The notes under the pieces: generated by a model
The model's database searches: none
What the model saw: the letters and a program-made list of their open reading frames with translations, nothing else
What the model was told of the DNA's origin: nothing
Shown: piece by piece, positions 13,501 to 25,558 of the stretch
Position numbering within the stretch: position 1 is the first letter of the stretch
Layout of the letters: each line of letters opens with the position of its first letter
Made by a program: the position numbers and the translations under genes
From: Narcine bancroftii
Taxonomy: Eukaryota
Reading direction: 5' to 3'
NCBI RefSeq assembly: GCF_036971445.1
Contig: NC_091471.1
Span: 368,590,001 to 368,654,000, forward strand
Length of the DNA: 64,000 nt

Positions 13501-15107
13501 ACGTACAAAAACAAAGGCGAGAAATCAGACTGCTCAAACTACAGGGGAATCACGTTGCTCTCCATTGCAGGCAAAATCTTCGCTAGGATTCTACTAAATA
13601 GAATAATACCTAGTGTCGCCGAGAATATTCTCCCAGAATCACAGTGCGGCTTTCGCGCAAACAGAGGAACCACTGACATGGTCTTTGCCCTCAGACAGCT
13701 CCAAGAAAAGTGCAGAGAGCAAAACAAAGGACTCTACATCACCTTTGTTGACCTCACCAAAGCCATCGACACCGTGAGCAGGAAAGGGCTTTGGCAAATA
13801 CTAGAGCGCATCGGATGTCCCCCAAAGTTCCTCAACATGATTATCCAACTGCACGAAAACCAACAAGGTCGGGTCAGATACAGCAATGAGCTCTCTGAAC
13901 CCTTCTCCATTAACAATGGCGTGAAGCAAGGCTGTGTTCTGGCACCAACCCTCTTTTCAATCTTCTTCAGCATGATGCTGAACCAAGTCATGAAAGACCC
14001 CAACAATGAAGACGCAGTTTACATCCGGTACCGCACGGATGGCAGTCTCTTCAATCTGAGGCGCCTGCAAGCTCACACCAAGACACAAGAGAAACTTGTC
14101 CGTGAACTACTCTTTGCAGATGATGCCGCTTTAGTTGCCCATTCAGAGCCAGCTCTTCAGCGCTTGACGTCCTGCTTTGCGGAAACTGCCAAAATGTTTG
14201 GCCTGGAAGTCAGCCTGAAGAAAACTGAGGTCCTCCATCAGCCAGCTCCCCACCATGACTACCAGCCCCCCCACATCTCCATCGGGCACACAAAACTCAA
14301 AACGGTCAACCAGTTTACCTATCTCGGCTGAACCATTTCATCGGATGCAAGGATCGACAATGAGATAGACAACAGACTCGCCAAGGCAAATAGCGCCTTT
14401 GGAAGACTACACAAGAGAGTCTGGAAAAACAACCAACTGAAAAACCTCACAAAGATAAGCGTATACAGAGCCGTTGTCATACCCACACTCCTGTTCGGCT
14501 CCGAATCATGGGTCCTCTACCGGCACCACCTACGGCTCCTAGAACGCTTCCACCAGCGTTGTCTCCGCTCCATCCTCAACATCCATTGGAGCGCTTACAC
14601 CCCTAACGTCGAAGTACTTGAGATGGCAGAGGTCGACAGCACCGAGTCCACGCTGCTGAAGATCCAGCTGCGCTGGATGGGTCACGTCTCCAGAATGGAG
14701 GACCATCGCCTTCCCAAGATCGTGTTATATGGCGAGCTCTCCACTGGCCACCGTGACAGAGGTGCACCAAAGAAAAGGTACAAGGACTGCCTAAAGAAAT
14801 CTCTTGGTGCCTGCCACATTGACCACCGCCAGTGGGCTGATAACGCCTCAAACCGTGCATCTTGGCGCCTCACAGTTTGGCGGGCAGCAACCTCCTTTGA
14901 AGAAGACCGCAGAGCCCACCTCACTGACAAAAGGCAAAGGAGGAAAAACCCAACACCCAACCCCAACCAACCAATTTTCCCTTGCAACCGCTGCAATCGT
15001 GTCTGCCTGTCCCGCATCGGACTTGTCAGCCACAAACGAGCCTGCAGCTGACGTGGACTTTTTACCCCCTCCATAAATCTTCGTCCGCGAAGCCAAGCCA
15101 AAGAAAC
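13501..15107 (+). mobile_element. RTE-clade LINE, 5'-truncated (RT domain to 3' end)
   Basis: RT motifs YRGITLLSIAGKIFARIL, QCGFR, GVKQGCVLAPTLF, LLFADD and FTYLG; C-terminal CxxC..H..C. One in-frame TGA at 14329-14331 (TGC in the 41-kb copy). Possible TSD TAAATC at 13495-13500 and 15108-15113. Confidence 0.95.
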
Positions 15108-15120
15108 TAAATCGGCAATA

Positions 15121-15428
15121 CTTAGCCACTGCAGCTGGTACTTAGCCACTGCAGCTGGTACTTAGCCACTGCAGCTGGTACTTAGCCACTGCAGCTGGTA
15201 CTTAGCCACTGCAGCTGGTACTTAGCCACTGCAGCTGGTACTTAGCCACTGCAGCTGGTACTTAGCCACTGCAGCTGGTACTTAGCCACTGCAGCTGGTA
15301 CTTAGCCACTGCAGCTGGTACTTAGCCACTGCAGCTGGTACTTAGCCACTGCAGCTGGTACTTAGCCACTGCAGCTGGTACTTAGCCACTGCAGCTGGTA
15401 CTTAGCCACTGCAGCTGGTACTTAGCCA
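15121..15428. repeat. Perfect 20-bp minisatellite (CTTAGCCACTGCAGCTGGTA) x 15.4
   Basis: 15 identical units plus a partial CTTAGCCA. Confidence 0.99.
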
Positions 15429-15984
15429 TTACTTACCCATTGTAACCTTCTCTCTATCTCAATAGAAATCGACAAGTCTTCTGCAAATGCAGAAATGTGA
15501 TTGCACGATCCTTTCCAAGTCAAGACCAGCCATCCGCAACCTTTTGTTGGCTTGGCCCCTTAGTACTCAGCTCAAAGTTTACAGGCTCCCTTCCCTGTGA
15601 AGCACTCAAGTTTAGCTGGTTTCTTCCATACTTCGCTCCTACCGGCTACATTAAAAAAATTTTTTTTTGGATTTCACTCCGTAGCTCCTCTGAAATTTGC
15701 TGTGGCCACTGTTGAGAATGGCTGGACTAGACCATTGTAATGGAAGATTCTAACCTGTTTTTTTTAAAACTTGCAGCTCTGGGTTCTGCAAGGCTGAGAA
15801 CCTGCTTGTGTTTTAGAATCAGCAGACATAATCTAAATTCTACCAAGGGGTCAGAGATGCTGTTATCTGACGAAAGGACATCTGTGTACCAAGAACATTT
15901 AATCTTCCTGCTTGTTTTGGTCACAGACTGTCAGAGGCCTAGCCTTGATGCAAAATAAACCATTGTATTCAAAGCTGAAAATTA

Positions 15985-16438
15985 TGTTATTCGTTAGAAG
16001 CCTAGCATGCTAGCTTGCTTCCTTATCTTTCTTGCTGCGCTGGGAATAGGTGCTTTGGTAAGCAGTTTTTTGGGTAATATAAGCCATGGTCCTGCTGCTG
16101 AAGTTTGAGACTCTCCGAGAGGTGGCAACATCTCTCAGCAAGAAGAACAACTTCTGGAGTCCAGCCAAGGTGGAGAAGCTGCTACCGGCGCCCTGACAAC
16201 CTACTACAAGTGTGCAGTCGTTGCCTCGCTTCGGCAGTTGGGACCAGTCCAAGCGTTGATATGTATAGTTGGGAAGGGCTTGTATATTGTAGTGTGAAAT
16301 CAGCTTTTGAATTTGTAATAAACATTTGTATAATCTGAACCGCTCTCGGTGTGTGTGTCTATTTTCTTTCGGTAGCTCAAACACTGTGACCAATCTAAAA
16401 CAAACAAAATGAGAGGTATAAGTTTACCCAAGACAACC
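15985..16438 (+). mobile_element. Solo LTR
   Basis: Starts TGTT and ends AACC (one mismatch to AACA); flanked by 4-bp TSD ATTA (15981-15984, 16439-16442). Internal TATA-like TATAA at about 16078 and AATAAA at about 16317. Confidence 0.65.
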
Positions 16439-19260
16439 ATTAATACAAGAGAACTGATTGCTGCACAATGCCACTCTTCATCTTGATCATCTCTTACTGA
16501 GCATAGATAGAAACTGATCATTATTCTCCTCTTGTGAATTGTGTTTCAACCTTGCCCAATATGCCTGTGTCACCTGACCAAAATCCTTCTGGAAACTTAT
16601 GCCAAATGAACCACATTACCCCTGACTGAAATTAGTTGCATACAAGGCTTAAACAATTGGGTTTGTGCTTTGTGAGTTAACCTGAAACACTCAAAAATAT
16701 TCTTTTTGGAGATATTGCATCATTTTACTGTACTATTAAAAATGACAAACCTAACAGTTGTAATGAGCACAAGGAGAACCTTCAGGGGATTTCTGCATCT
16801 GGAATCTGAAGCTAAATGCTCTGCTGGATTAAGCAACGTCAGTGGAAGAATGAACAAATGGTCAATGGTCAAGACTCTTCATTGAGTCAGTGCAAATGAA
16901 CAAAAGCAAGTGTAAATAGGACAGGGTGGGAAGTGTGGGGCATGGCAAAAAGTGAAAAAAAGATTGGGAAAAAGTAGCTGGGCAAATCCCAGACAAAGGA
17001 TAAGAGGCAAAAAATGAATCCAGTGGAAAAAAGACTAGTCCTACAGAGTGGCATAGGTGATTAGAACACAAAGGCTGTCAGTGCTGGAATCGTATGAGAG
17101 AGTGATATAAAGAGAGATGAGATGAATCAAGAGAACAGAATAATCCAGTAGGGAGATAGGGATGTAACCGAGGGATGAGCAGAAGGGGTACAGAAGAACC
17201 ACTGCTTGTCTAAAGGGCCCCAAATTAAAGGAATAAAACTTCATTCCACCTAGGAAGTCAACAGCCAAATGGTAATAAATGGTAACAATTTTCTCACTTC
17301 AGGTAACTGGTGCTCTCTCTTCTGCTCTTCCCCACCACTCCTCACTGCCCCAGCTCCCCCATCCATTTTCATTTCCTTCTTTGGTTCCATCCTCATATCC
17401 AATCCCATCTCCTCACTGGTTTCTTCTGCTCTTTCTTTGTCTCTCTCTCTCTCCCCCCCCCTCCCCCCTCCCCCAACCCCACCCCCATTCATCCAGTGTC
17501 TCTATACTACCATTCTCATCCTTGTATTGGCAGTCTTTGTTTTGCCTCTACAGGTACAGAAGCTTTGCTATGATACGTCTTGGACTTGGTCATTTAAAAA
17601 CTACACAAGTCAAAAGTTTATGCGTTTTTGTACCCATTCTGACTAATGAGTTACATGGAGAAAGTTGTACTTATGATAACGATGCCAGTTTAAACAATAT
17701 TTGGTATAGCATTTCTTTAAAAAATCCAAGTTGGATGCAGATTGCAAGTGCTGGATTCTAGAGCAAAGAACATGGATGTTGCACTCCTTCATGGAAAACT
17801 AGGTTTTAAATGACTGAAATCCCCACCTATATTCAGGAAGTTGCTTAAAAAGTTACTGAACCAGCAAAGTAAAAATTCTGAGTGCCAAGTTATAAATCAT
17901 ACCAAACTCAAGCCTTATGAAATTCACCAAAGTCCAGCTCTAAACATCATTGAAAGGCCCCGTGCAGCTTTGATTAAAAAAAAATTACAGGTGGGCAGCC
18001 GATGTATGACAAAAGTTTGAAAAGCATTTCATATTTTCAATATTTGATTTCTCTAAAATGGATCCATAAGCCTTCCCCAGAAGTGAAATATTCTCCCACC
18101 ATATATAAAGAATCCTCAACAATCCTTAAATTGAAGCCAATTTTTTCCACTTTCATTTATCATACTGGGTTCACCCAACACTTTCTATTATTTAATGCAT
18201 CTTTTGTGGAGTGATATCTTCCCAAACACAACTTTCAAACCTCTGCTCAAAGGTTGCCCAAGAGCAAATTTGAAAAAATTAGTTTAGCTTTTTGCTTCAG
18301 CTGAGATTAAGTACAACTGAATGGAACCAAACAGAGTAGCCACCTCTAAACATGAAGTCATCCGACCACTCATTTAAAATTTGTACAAATTACCATCGGC
18401 AGCACGTTAAGCTTCACTTTCACACAAATCATTTAAACTATATGAGCCTTCAGGGGTTGACATAAGAAATCAACTAGTTTCTCCTCATCTCAAGTGTTCT
18501 CTTCAAATGAAAGAAGGGTTCTTTTCTTCACACCATTCCCTCTCCACCCCCCACCCCCCGCCCCCCCACCACCTTCCCTGCAAAATATATCAATTCCTCA
18601 TCTCAAATGAATCAATTACAGGATCTCACTCCAACCCAGTTATTTGATGAGAAGAATTCAATAGACTAATTGCTGAACCTAGCATCACTAAGCTACTTTG
18701 ACAATCACTATACAATTGGGATACTGAAATGCTCTGATCAAATAGCATGAGATCAATCATTTTCAGTTCACGTCAATAATTTCATTTGGTTCAAAGCATT
18801 TGAACAGATGGCCCTGGACGAGTTCCAGCACCAACTCCATTTTGTCTGTGTATGTGCTTGTTTTTGTGGAGTGTCCAGACCCAATGTGATCAGTTGTTGA
18901 ATGAATTCTTCACTCAGGGTCCTTTCATCTGAAAGAAGTCTTCATCCCAGGCCCATTTTAATAAAATCTATGGTTAACACAAGCTGCCAAACCCTAACCC
19001 TAACCCATGACAAGTTTCTCCAGCTCCCCCAAGCCCCCACCCCCACCCCCAGGCAAATCTCAGGAAATAATTTCATGCATCTGCAAACTATCTTAACGCT
19101 TCACTTGGAAAAGTGTCAGAATTGGGTTGAGAACTTTTATTTCGCGATGTTAAAGAAAGATTGGAGTTGCCCTTTTTTGAAGAAGAAGGGGTGAAGCAGC
19201 CAGGGGGAAGAAGTGGATGCTGCAAGGGTCTGGTGCCGCCTGTTCAGCACCAGTCCGGAT

Positions 19261-20679
19261 CGGAGGAGCCCGGGGAGGGGCGGAGGAGCCCGGGGAGGGG
19301 CGGAGGAGCCCGGGGAGGGGCGGAGGAGCCCGGGGAGGGGCGGAGGAGCCCGGGGAGGGGCGGAGGAGCCCGGGGAGGGGCGGAGGAGCCCGGGGAGGGG
19401 CGGAGGAGCCCGGGGAGGGGCGGAGGAGCCCGGGGAGGGGCGGAGGAGCCCGGGGAGGGGCGGAGGAGCCCGGGGAGGGGCGGAGGAGCCCGGGGAGGGG
19501 CGGAGGAGCCCGGGGAGGGGCGGAGGAGCCCGGGGAGGGGCGGAGGAGCCCGGGGAGGGGCGGAGGAGCCCGGGGAGGGGCGGAGGAGCCCGGGGAGGGG
19601 CGGAGGAGCCCGGGGAGGGGCGGAGGAGCCCGGGGAGGGGCGGAGGAGCCCGGGGAGGGGCGGAGGAGCCCGGGGAGGGGCGGAGGAGCCCGGGGAGGGG
19701 CGGAGGAGCCCGGGGAGGGGCGGAGGAGCCCGGGGAGGGGCGGAGGAGCCCGGGGAGGGGCGGAGGAGCCCGGGGAGGGGCGGAGGAGCCCGGGGAGGGG
19801 CGGAGGAGCCCGGGGAGGGGCGGAGGAGCCCGGGGAGGGGCGGAGGAGCCCGGGGAGGGGCGGAGGAGCCCGGGGAGGGGCGGAGGAGCCCGGGGAGGGG
19901 CGGAGGAGCCCGGGGAGGGGCGGAGGAGCCCGGGGAGGGGCGGAGGAGCCCGGGGAGGGGCGGAGGAGCCCGGGGAGGGGCGGAGGAGCCCGGGGAGGGG
20001 CGGAGGAGCCCGGGGAGGGGCGGAGGAGCCCGGGGAGGGGCGGAGGAGCCCGGGGAGGGGCGGAGGAGCCCGGGGAGGGGCGGAGGAGCCCGGGGAGGGG
20101 CGGAGGAGCCCGGGGAGGGGCGGAGGAGCCCGGGGAGGGGCGGAGGAGCCCGGGGAGGGGCGGAGGAGCCCGGGGAGGGGCGGAGGAGCCCGGGGAGGGG
20201 CGGAGGAGCCCGGGGAGGGGCGGAGGAGCCCGGGGAGGGGCGGAGGAGCCCGGGGAGGGGCGGAGGAGCCCGGGGAGGGGCGGAGGAGCCCGGGGAGGGG
20301 CGGAGGAGCCCGGGGAGGGGCGGAGGAGCCCGGGGAGGGGCGGAGGAGCCCGGGGAGGGGCGGAGGAGCCCGGGGAGGGGCGGAGGAGCCCGGGGAGGGG
20401 CGGAGGAGCCCGGGGAGGGGCGGAGGAGCCCGGGGAGGGGCGGAGGAGCCCGGGGAGGGGCGGAGGAGCCCGGGGAGGGGCGGAGGAGCCCGGGGAGGGG
20501 CGGAGGAGCCCGGGGAGGGGCGGAGGAGCCCGGGGAGGGGCGGAGGAGCCCGGGGAGGGGCGGAGGAGCCCGGGGAGGGGCGGAGGAGCCCGGGGAGGGG
20601 CGGAGGAGCCCGGGGAGGGGCGGAGGAGCCCGGGGAGGGGCGGAGGAGCCCGGGGAGGGGCGGAGGAGCCCGGGGAGGG
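19261..20679. repeat. Perfect 20-bp GC-rich minisatellite (CGGAGGAGCCCGGGGAGGGG) x about 71
   Basis: Identical units read directly from the sequence; only the last unit differs, at its final base. Confidence 0.99.
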
Positions 20680-21900
20680 ATGGAGCAGGCTGCGCCACCC
20701 ACCCGTGTCGGGTTTCGGATTTCCAGCCAGGCTTCAGACCAACATGCAATGAATCCTCCCGAATCCATTCAAAAAACCATCCTGTCCAGGGTGGAGGTGG
20801 GTCACGCTCCAACACCCCGGACAGGGAGCCGAGCAGTGCCCGAAGAGGAGCGATTGATCGGGCGTTGGACCAGGAGCAGATGCTGTGACTGGCCCCAATA
20901 ACAAACCGCCCGAGCCCAGTGTCGGAAACTTGGACGGATTGTGCTCCACGTCACCTTGTCCAGAAACGACGCCGTCCAAAGAAACGACCACTCTGGCCGG
21001 TGTGAAAGCCGTACCTTCTGAACGTTCTCCTCCGGAGCGGTGGCCTCTGCTTTCCCTTGGTTGCCACTCTCCGGCGTTTGGTCCCCCTGGGGGTGAGCGT
21101 CCACCGCCCCGACCTCCTCCACCGCCCCGACCTCCTCCACCGTCAGCTTCCCCTGGCCTCCGTCCGCCTCCCCGACACCCGACTGGCCGCTCGCGTCCTC
21201 CGGCTTCCTCTGCTCGTCCCCCGCTTCGCCTTTTGCCTTTTCTTCGGCTTTGCTCTCAACCACTTTGGGACCCGCTGCCTCGTCCTCGGCGCTGGGCTCC
21301 GAGGCTCGGAATCTTAGATACAAAGAGGCAACCAGCACGGAGAGCAGGGTGAAGAGCAGCGGCACGGCCAGGTACGCGTCCGCCAGCCACTCCATCCTCG
21401 GTGCCCACTCCGACTCCGCTCCCCAAGGCGACTGAACTGGATCGCAGCGATGAAGGACACGGAGCGATGCATCGGATTTTCAAAGTCGTCATTTCCTCCA
21501 GCCCCCCCCCACCCCTTGGGTTTAAAGGCACCGCTCCTTTCACCCAGAACCGTGTTCGCCGCCCCCTCTGGATCCAGATGCGGCTGCCTCCCCCTCCTTT
21601 ACCGCGGCTTCGATGCACATCATTGCATTGAGCGAGGGGGTGGGGGAACCAGCCCCTCACGGTGATGTGGAACTTCATGGAACAATGTTACTGACTCCGT
21701 GGACTTGTTAAATCCTGGATCCGGTGTTGAACTGCACAAATACGGACCAAGATCTCGTTCTGAAGTGGCAATGGAGGAGTTGGAGGCGGCGGCGCACTCC
21801 TGCAACTCGCCCGTCTGCTCCCGGGGCATCGCCACTCGGCTCTTCCCTTGAGCAGGCATCTCCGGGGGTCATTTTTCCCCCCCTCTCCATCCTCCTAATC
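20680..21900. promoter_or_regulatory. CpG-rich island covering the MXRA7 promoter and exon 1
   Basis: High GC and abundant CpG against an AT-rich background; contains the start codon. Confidence 0.7.
21015..21395 (-). CDS. MXRA7: MXRA7-like (matrix-remodelling associated 7) coding exon 1
   Basis: ATG in good context (gaggATGG). It encodes a hydrophobic N-terminal anchor (YLAVPLLFTLLSVLVASLYL) followed by an E/G/A-rich low-complexity region, and ends at a phase-0 donor CAGAAG|GTACGG. It lies in a CpG-rich island directly downstream of JMJD6 on the same strand, the known vertebrate MXRA7-JMJD6 arrangement. The conserved C-terminal exons were not found in the window. Confidence 0.8.
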
Positions 21901-21907
21901 TTCTCTC

Positions 21908-22445
21908 ATGACAGAGCTCAGAACGTATTGTCCAGTTCTGGTCTCCAAACTTGAGGAAGGACATACTAGCTCTAGAGGGTGTGCAGAGCAGATTGACAAG
22001 GTTAGTTCCAGGGATGGCAGGGTTGTCATATGCAGCATGGCTAGAGAAACTGGACTTGTATCCATTGGAGTTTAGAAGGTTGAGGGGGGACATGATTGAG
22101 GTCTACAAAATCATCAGGGGGATAGGATGAAGTCGGATTACTTGTTCCCAGTGATGGGGGAGACGAGGACTAGAGGGTATAGTTTAAGAATACAGGGTAG
22201 GCCCTTTAGGACGGAGATGAGAAAGCATTTTTTTACCCAGAGAAGTGTGAATCTGTGGAATGCTCTGCCACAGAGGGTGGTCGAGGCGGATTCGCTGATT
22301 ATGTTCAAAAGAGAGTTAGATAAGACTCTTGTGGGTAACGGAGTTAAGGGTTATGGGGATAAGGCTGGAAAGGGGTACTGATGGTAATGATCAACCATGA
22401 TCTAAAATGGCGGTGCTGGCCCGACACTCCAGCTCCTATTGTCTA
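21908..22445 (+). mobile_element. CR1/HER1-like LINE 3' fragment
   Basis: QFWSPNLRKDILALEGVQSRLTRLVPG...RRLRGDMIEVYKI...TRGYSL...RKHFFTQRSVNLWNALP, a typical CR1 ORF2 C-terminus. Confidence 0.88.
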
Positions 22446-24689
22446 TTCCTGAGTCCAAAGTTGGCCACGCAATCTTGAACCGAGGCCGTGCCTGTGCATT
22501 GAAGGCGGGGGGGACCTCGTCCCTGATCCTTCAATGCTCCATTGTGTGAGTGACCAAGTCAACGTTCCTGGGTTGCTCCACAAGGTGGCCTCAGAGCTCT
22601 GCAAAGACTTAGGCCAACAAATGGAGATGGGTCGCCTCAGCTGCACAAGGTGAGGAGGTCCAGGCTCTCCCAGTTGACTTCAACGAGAGGAGACCACAGG
22701 CTTCAAAGACCCTTCAAGAAGATAACCAGGGAACTCACAGAAGGGCTTTTGCCATTGCAGAAATCAACAGGCACCAGTTGAGGAGCTTCTGCTTCAGTGC
22801 AGTGGAGATCAGCCATGCTAAGGCCCTTCATGAGTTATGCAATTTCAGATTGCAAGCCAACACCCTTCCATCGCCAATAATTACTGACACTTTCAGATAC
22901 CCTATTTTGAGCTATTACACATTCTAATTTCATCTCATTTAGCCTGGTTATACCATCCCTTGGTGGTAATGCCACAGTTTTTTTTTCCCTGTATTATGTT
23001 CCCTAGTCAGATGTTGGATACCTTGCGTAACTTAAGTCTCCTTGATGAATGATCATGAACTATAAATTGGTGCAAATAAAGTTCAATACCATCCATGTCT
23101 GACTCCTTAACCTAGGAAGTGACTTCTATTTACCCTGTTGATATCTTGAAATATTCATCATTATTAGTTCTAAATTCTTGGGGGGGGGGGGGGGGGCGGG
23201 ATTGAACTAGAGCAAGACTGTTTGACCTGGGTTATAGGACAGAACTTCTGCATCTTTAATATCCTAGTCTTTTCAATAGAAAGACCAAATTGATTGGATT
23301 TTGATTATTGATAAAAATAAGGATAAAGTTCAGGGCAGAGCTGAGAAGTGCCCTCATTCAAAGGATTATGAACAATAAATAATCATTTTAATTTCTATAC
23401 ACCCTGAACAATAAAACATCCAAGTATACTTAAGCCCTATAAAAGGTGCCAATTGCAAAAATACATAGGCAAATTTTTTTTTAAAAAGGTCTACTTTGCC
23501 ATATCACTGAGGTAACTTGTTTGGATCCTCCTCAGATGCTTTAGGCCTTCCCTTCCTGCACTGCTGATGGGTACACCACCCTTCCAGTTTCTGGAAGGCA
23601 TCGGGCCCAAGGGATGTGCACCTTTGATCTTTGTGACAGGGACAGATGGAATAAAAAGTTCACCATCATTTTTGGAGACAGGATGCTAAGCTTCCCTCTT
23701 GTCCATCCATTGCCTCCTTTTTTCACTCAGTTGCAGGAAGCAAAATGAAGACAATAACAAGCTCAAGAGCCCATAAAGTTCAATGGAATTAACTTTTATA
23801 CAGCCACAGATTGATTAGAAAGTTTGCAAAGAATAACAATCGAGTTTTATGAAGACATTTTTGGATCGATGAGATAAGGAAATGCAGGAAAGACTGAATG
23901 GATGATTTTACAGGTATTTGCAAAACTTTGATAACCTTCAAACTAAATTTAGTTTTTGAAAGAATGGCAGTGTTTAAGTACATGAAGGACTCATTGATAC
24001 ATGAATGGAAAATGAAGGTCCAGGAGAAAAGTACATCAGTGAACCACAAGAGATGATGAAGAATAATCAGGGTTCCTGTGGGGTATGGGAATTGGATGAT
24101 GCATATTCTGTTGATGGATCCCCTCCAGGATGGTTTCTGTTGAACGCAAGCCCGCAATATTATGCCCCATTGCATCGCGGGACACGCTTTGTGGGCACAC
24201 GTCTTTTTTTCAACCAGTGAATGGAGAAACCTGGTTGTTCACCTGCAGCCTGGGTTGGTGAGGGGCTTCAATGGAGAATGTAATAATTAGATTCCATTGT
24301 TGTTACACACATACACAAACTGGTCACAAAGACACAACATGGGGCGCTAATAGCAGTGCCCCCACCAGTAAGAGAAAAAGAAACAGGGGAGGTTCCCAAG
24401 ATCCTAGTTCCAAACCTCTGATACGATCAGGAAGATGCTAACCACCTAAGGTCCTTCAGGTCAGAAGGAAAGTTGGAACTGCAGTCAGTTCAGAATTGGA
24501 GTCTTGAAGATCAGGTTGGGACATCAGTTGGAGAGGCCATGATCATCTGACAGCAGGAAATCAGGTTGCAGTCAAGTGGCTGGTAGTCTGAAGAAGGTAA
24601 GCTGCAGGAGGATGGTGGAGAGGATGGAACGATGTGTAAGAAGACAAGTTAAAGTGGATTAATCTTAAGGCAAATCCGGATTCCACCTT

Positions 24690-25190
24690 GATAAAACTCT
24701 GGATGGACCGCACTTGAAATACTGGGTTCAGTCCTGGTCAGCTCATTAGAGGAAGGATGTGGAAGCTTTGGGAAAGGGTGCAGAGGAGATTTATTACGAT
24801 GTTGCCTGTATTGGCATAGGTTTCTTATGAGCCAAGGTTAACAGACCTAGGGCTTCACTCTTTAGAACAAAAAAATGGATGAGAGGTGACAACAGATTCT
24901 ACAAGATTATGTGAGACAGAGATGGGTGCTGGCTACCCACCCTTTTCCCCAGGGAGACAGTAACAAATAACAGAGGAAATCTGTTTAAGGTGAGGGAAGT
25001 TTAGGAGTGATATCAGGGCTAAGGTTTTTAGTGTAGTGGGTGCCTGTAATATATTGCCATAGATGGTGGTGGAGCCTGGTGTAATATGGACTTTTTTTAA
25101 AGATAGGCACATGGATGCAAAAAAAAGTTATGGGTAGGAGGTAGGGATGACTGATTGTTGAACAGGTTGGCACAACAAAGTTCTATGAGG
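24690..25190 (+). mobile_element. Decayed CR1-like 3' fragment
   Basis: YKTLDGPHLKYWVQSWS...RKDVEAL..VQRRF motif. Confidence 0.65.
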
Positions 25191-25558
25191 CTGGTATTAA
25201 AGGAGAGGAAAAGGGATGTACAAATTTAAAGGAGGAAATTTGGGAGCCCAGGGCCTTCACAGCTGAAGCCAAAGCCACAATGATTGAATGTTTGAAATCA
25301 GATTGCCCAAGCAGTTGGATGCTGAGTAGAATAAGTACCTTGAAAGACTGCAGGTTTGGAAAAGGTTGCAGTGAAAGTTAACGACAATGGCTCAGAAAAA
25401 TTTGATCTCAATGGTGAGAATTTTAAAACAATATTATTTAATAAGGAGCTAATGCACATTAAAAACCACAGGGATGATGGCTGAATTCAAGTCTGGGTAG
25501 TAGGGTTTTTTTCTTTTATCACAAGTGAGCCAGGAATACAAGTGGTCTGGAGATGACA

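Noticed and set aside
14682-15149. Antisense ORFs recurring over each RTE copy
   Set aside because: Shadow frames of the LINE ORF; they recur only because the copies are near-identical.
15121-15428. CRISPR-like array
   Set aside because: The units are contiguous with no unique spacers, there are no cas genes, and the context is eukaryotic.
18990-19006. (TAACCC)n telomere-like motif
   Set aside because: Fewer than three full units, too short to call an interstitial telomere.
19137-20901. Five ORFs of 511-575 aa on both strands
   Set aside because: They arise from the stop-free 20-bp GC-rich minisatellite and are not evidence of genes.
20802-21014. C-terminal 70 codons of the 197-aa ORF
   Set aside because: They lie beyond the AAG|GTACGG donor and are read-through into intron 1.
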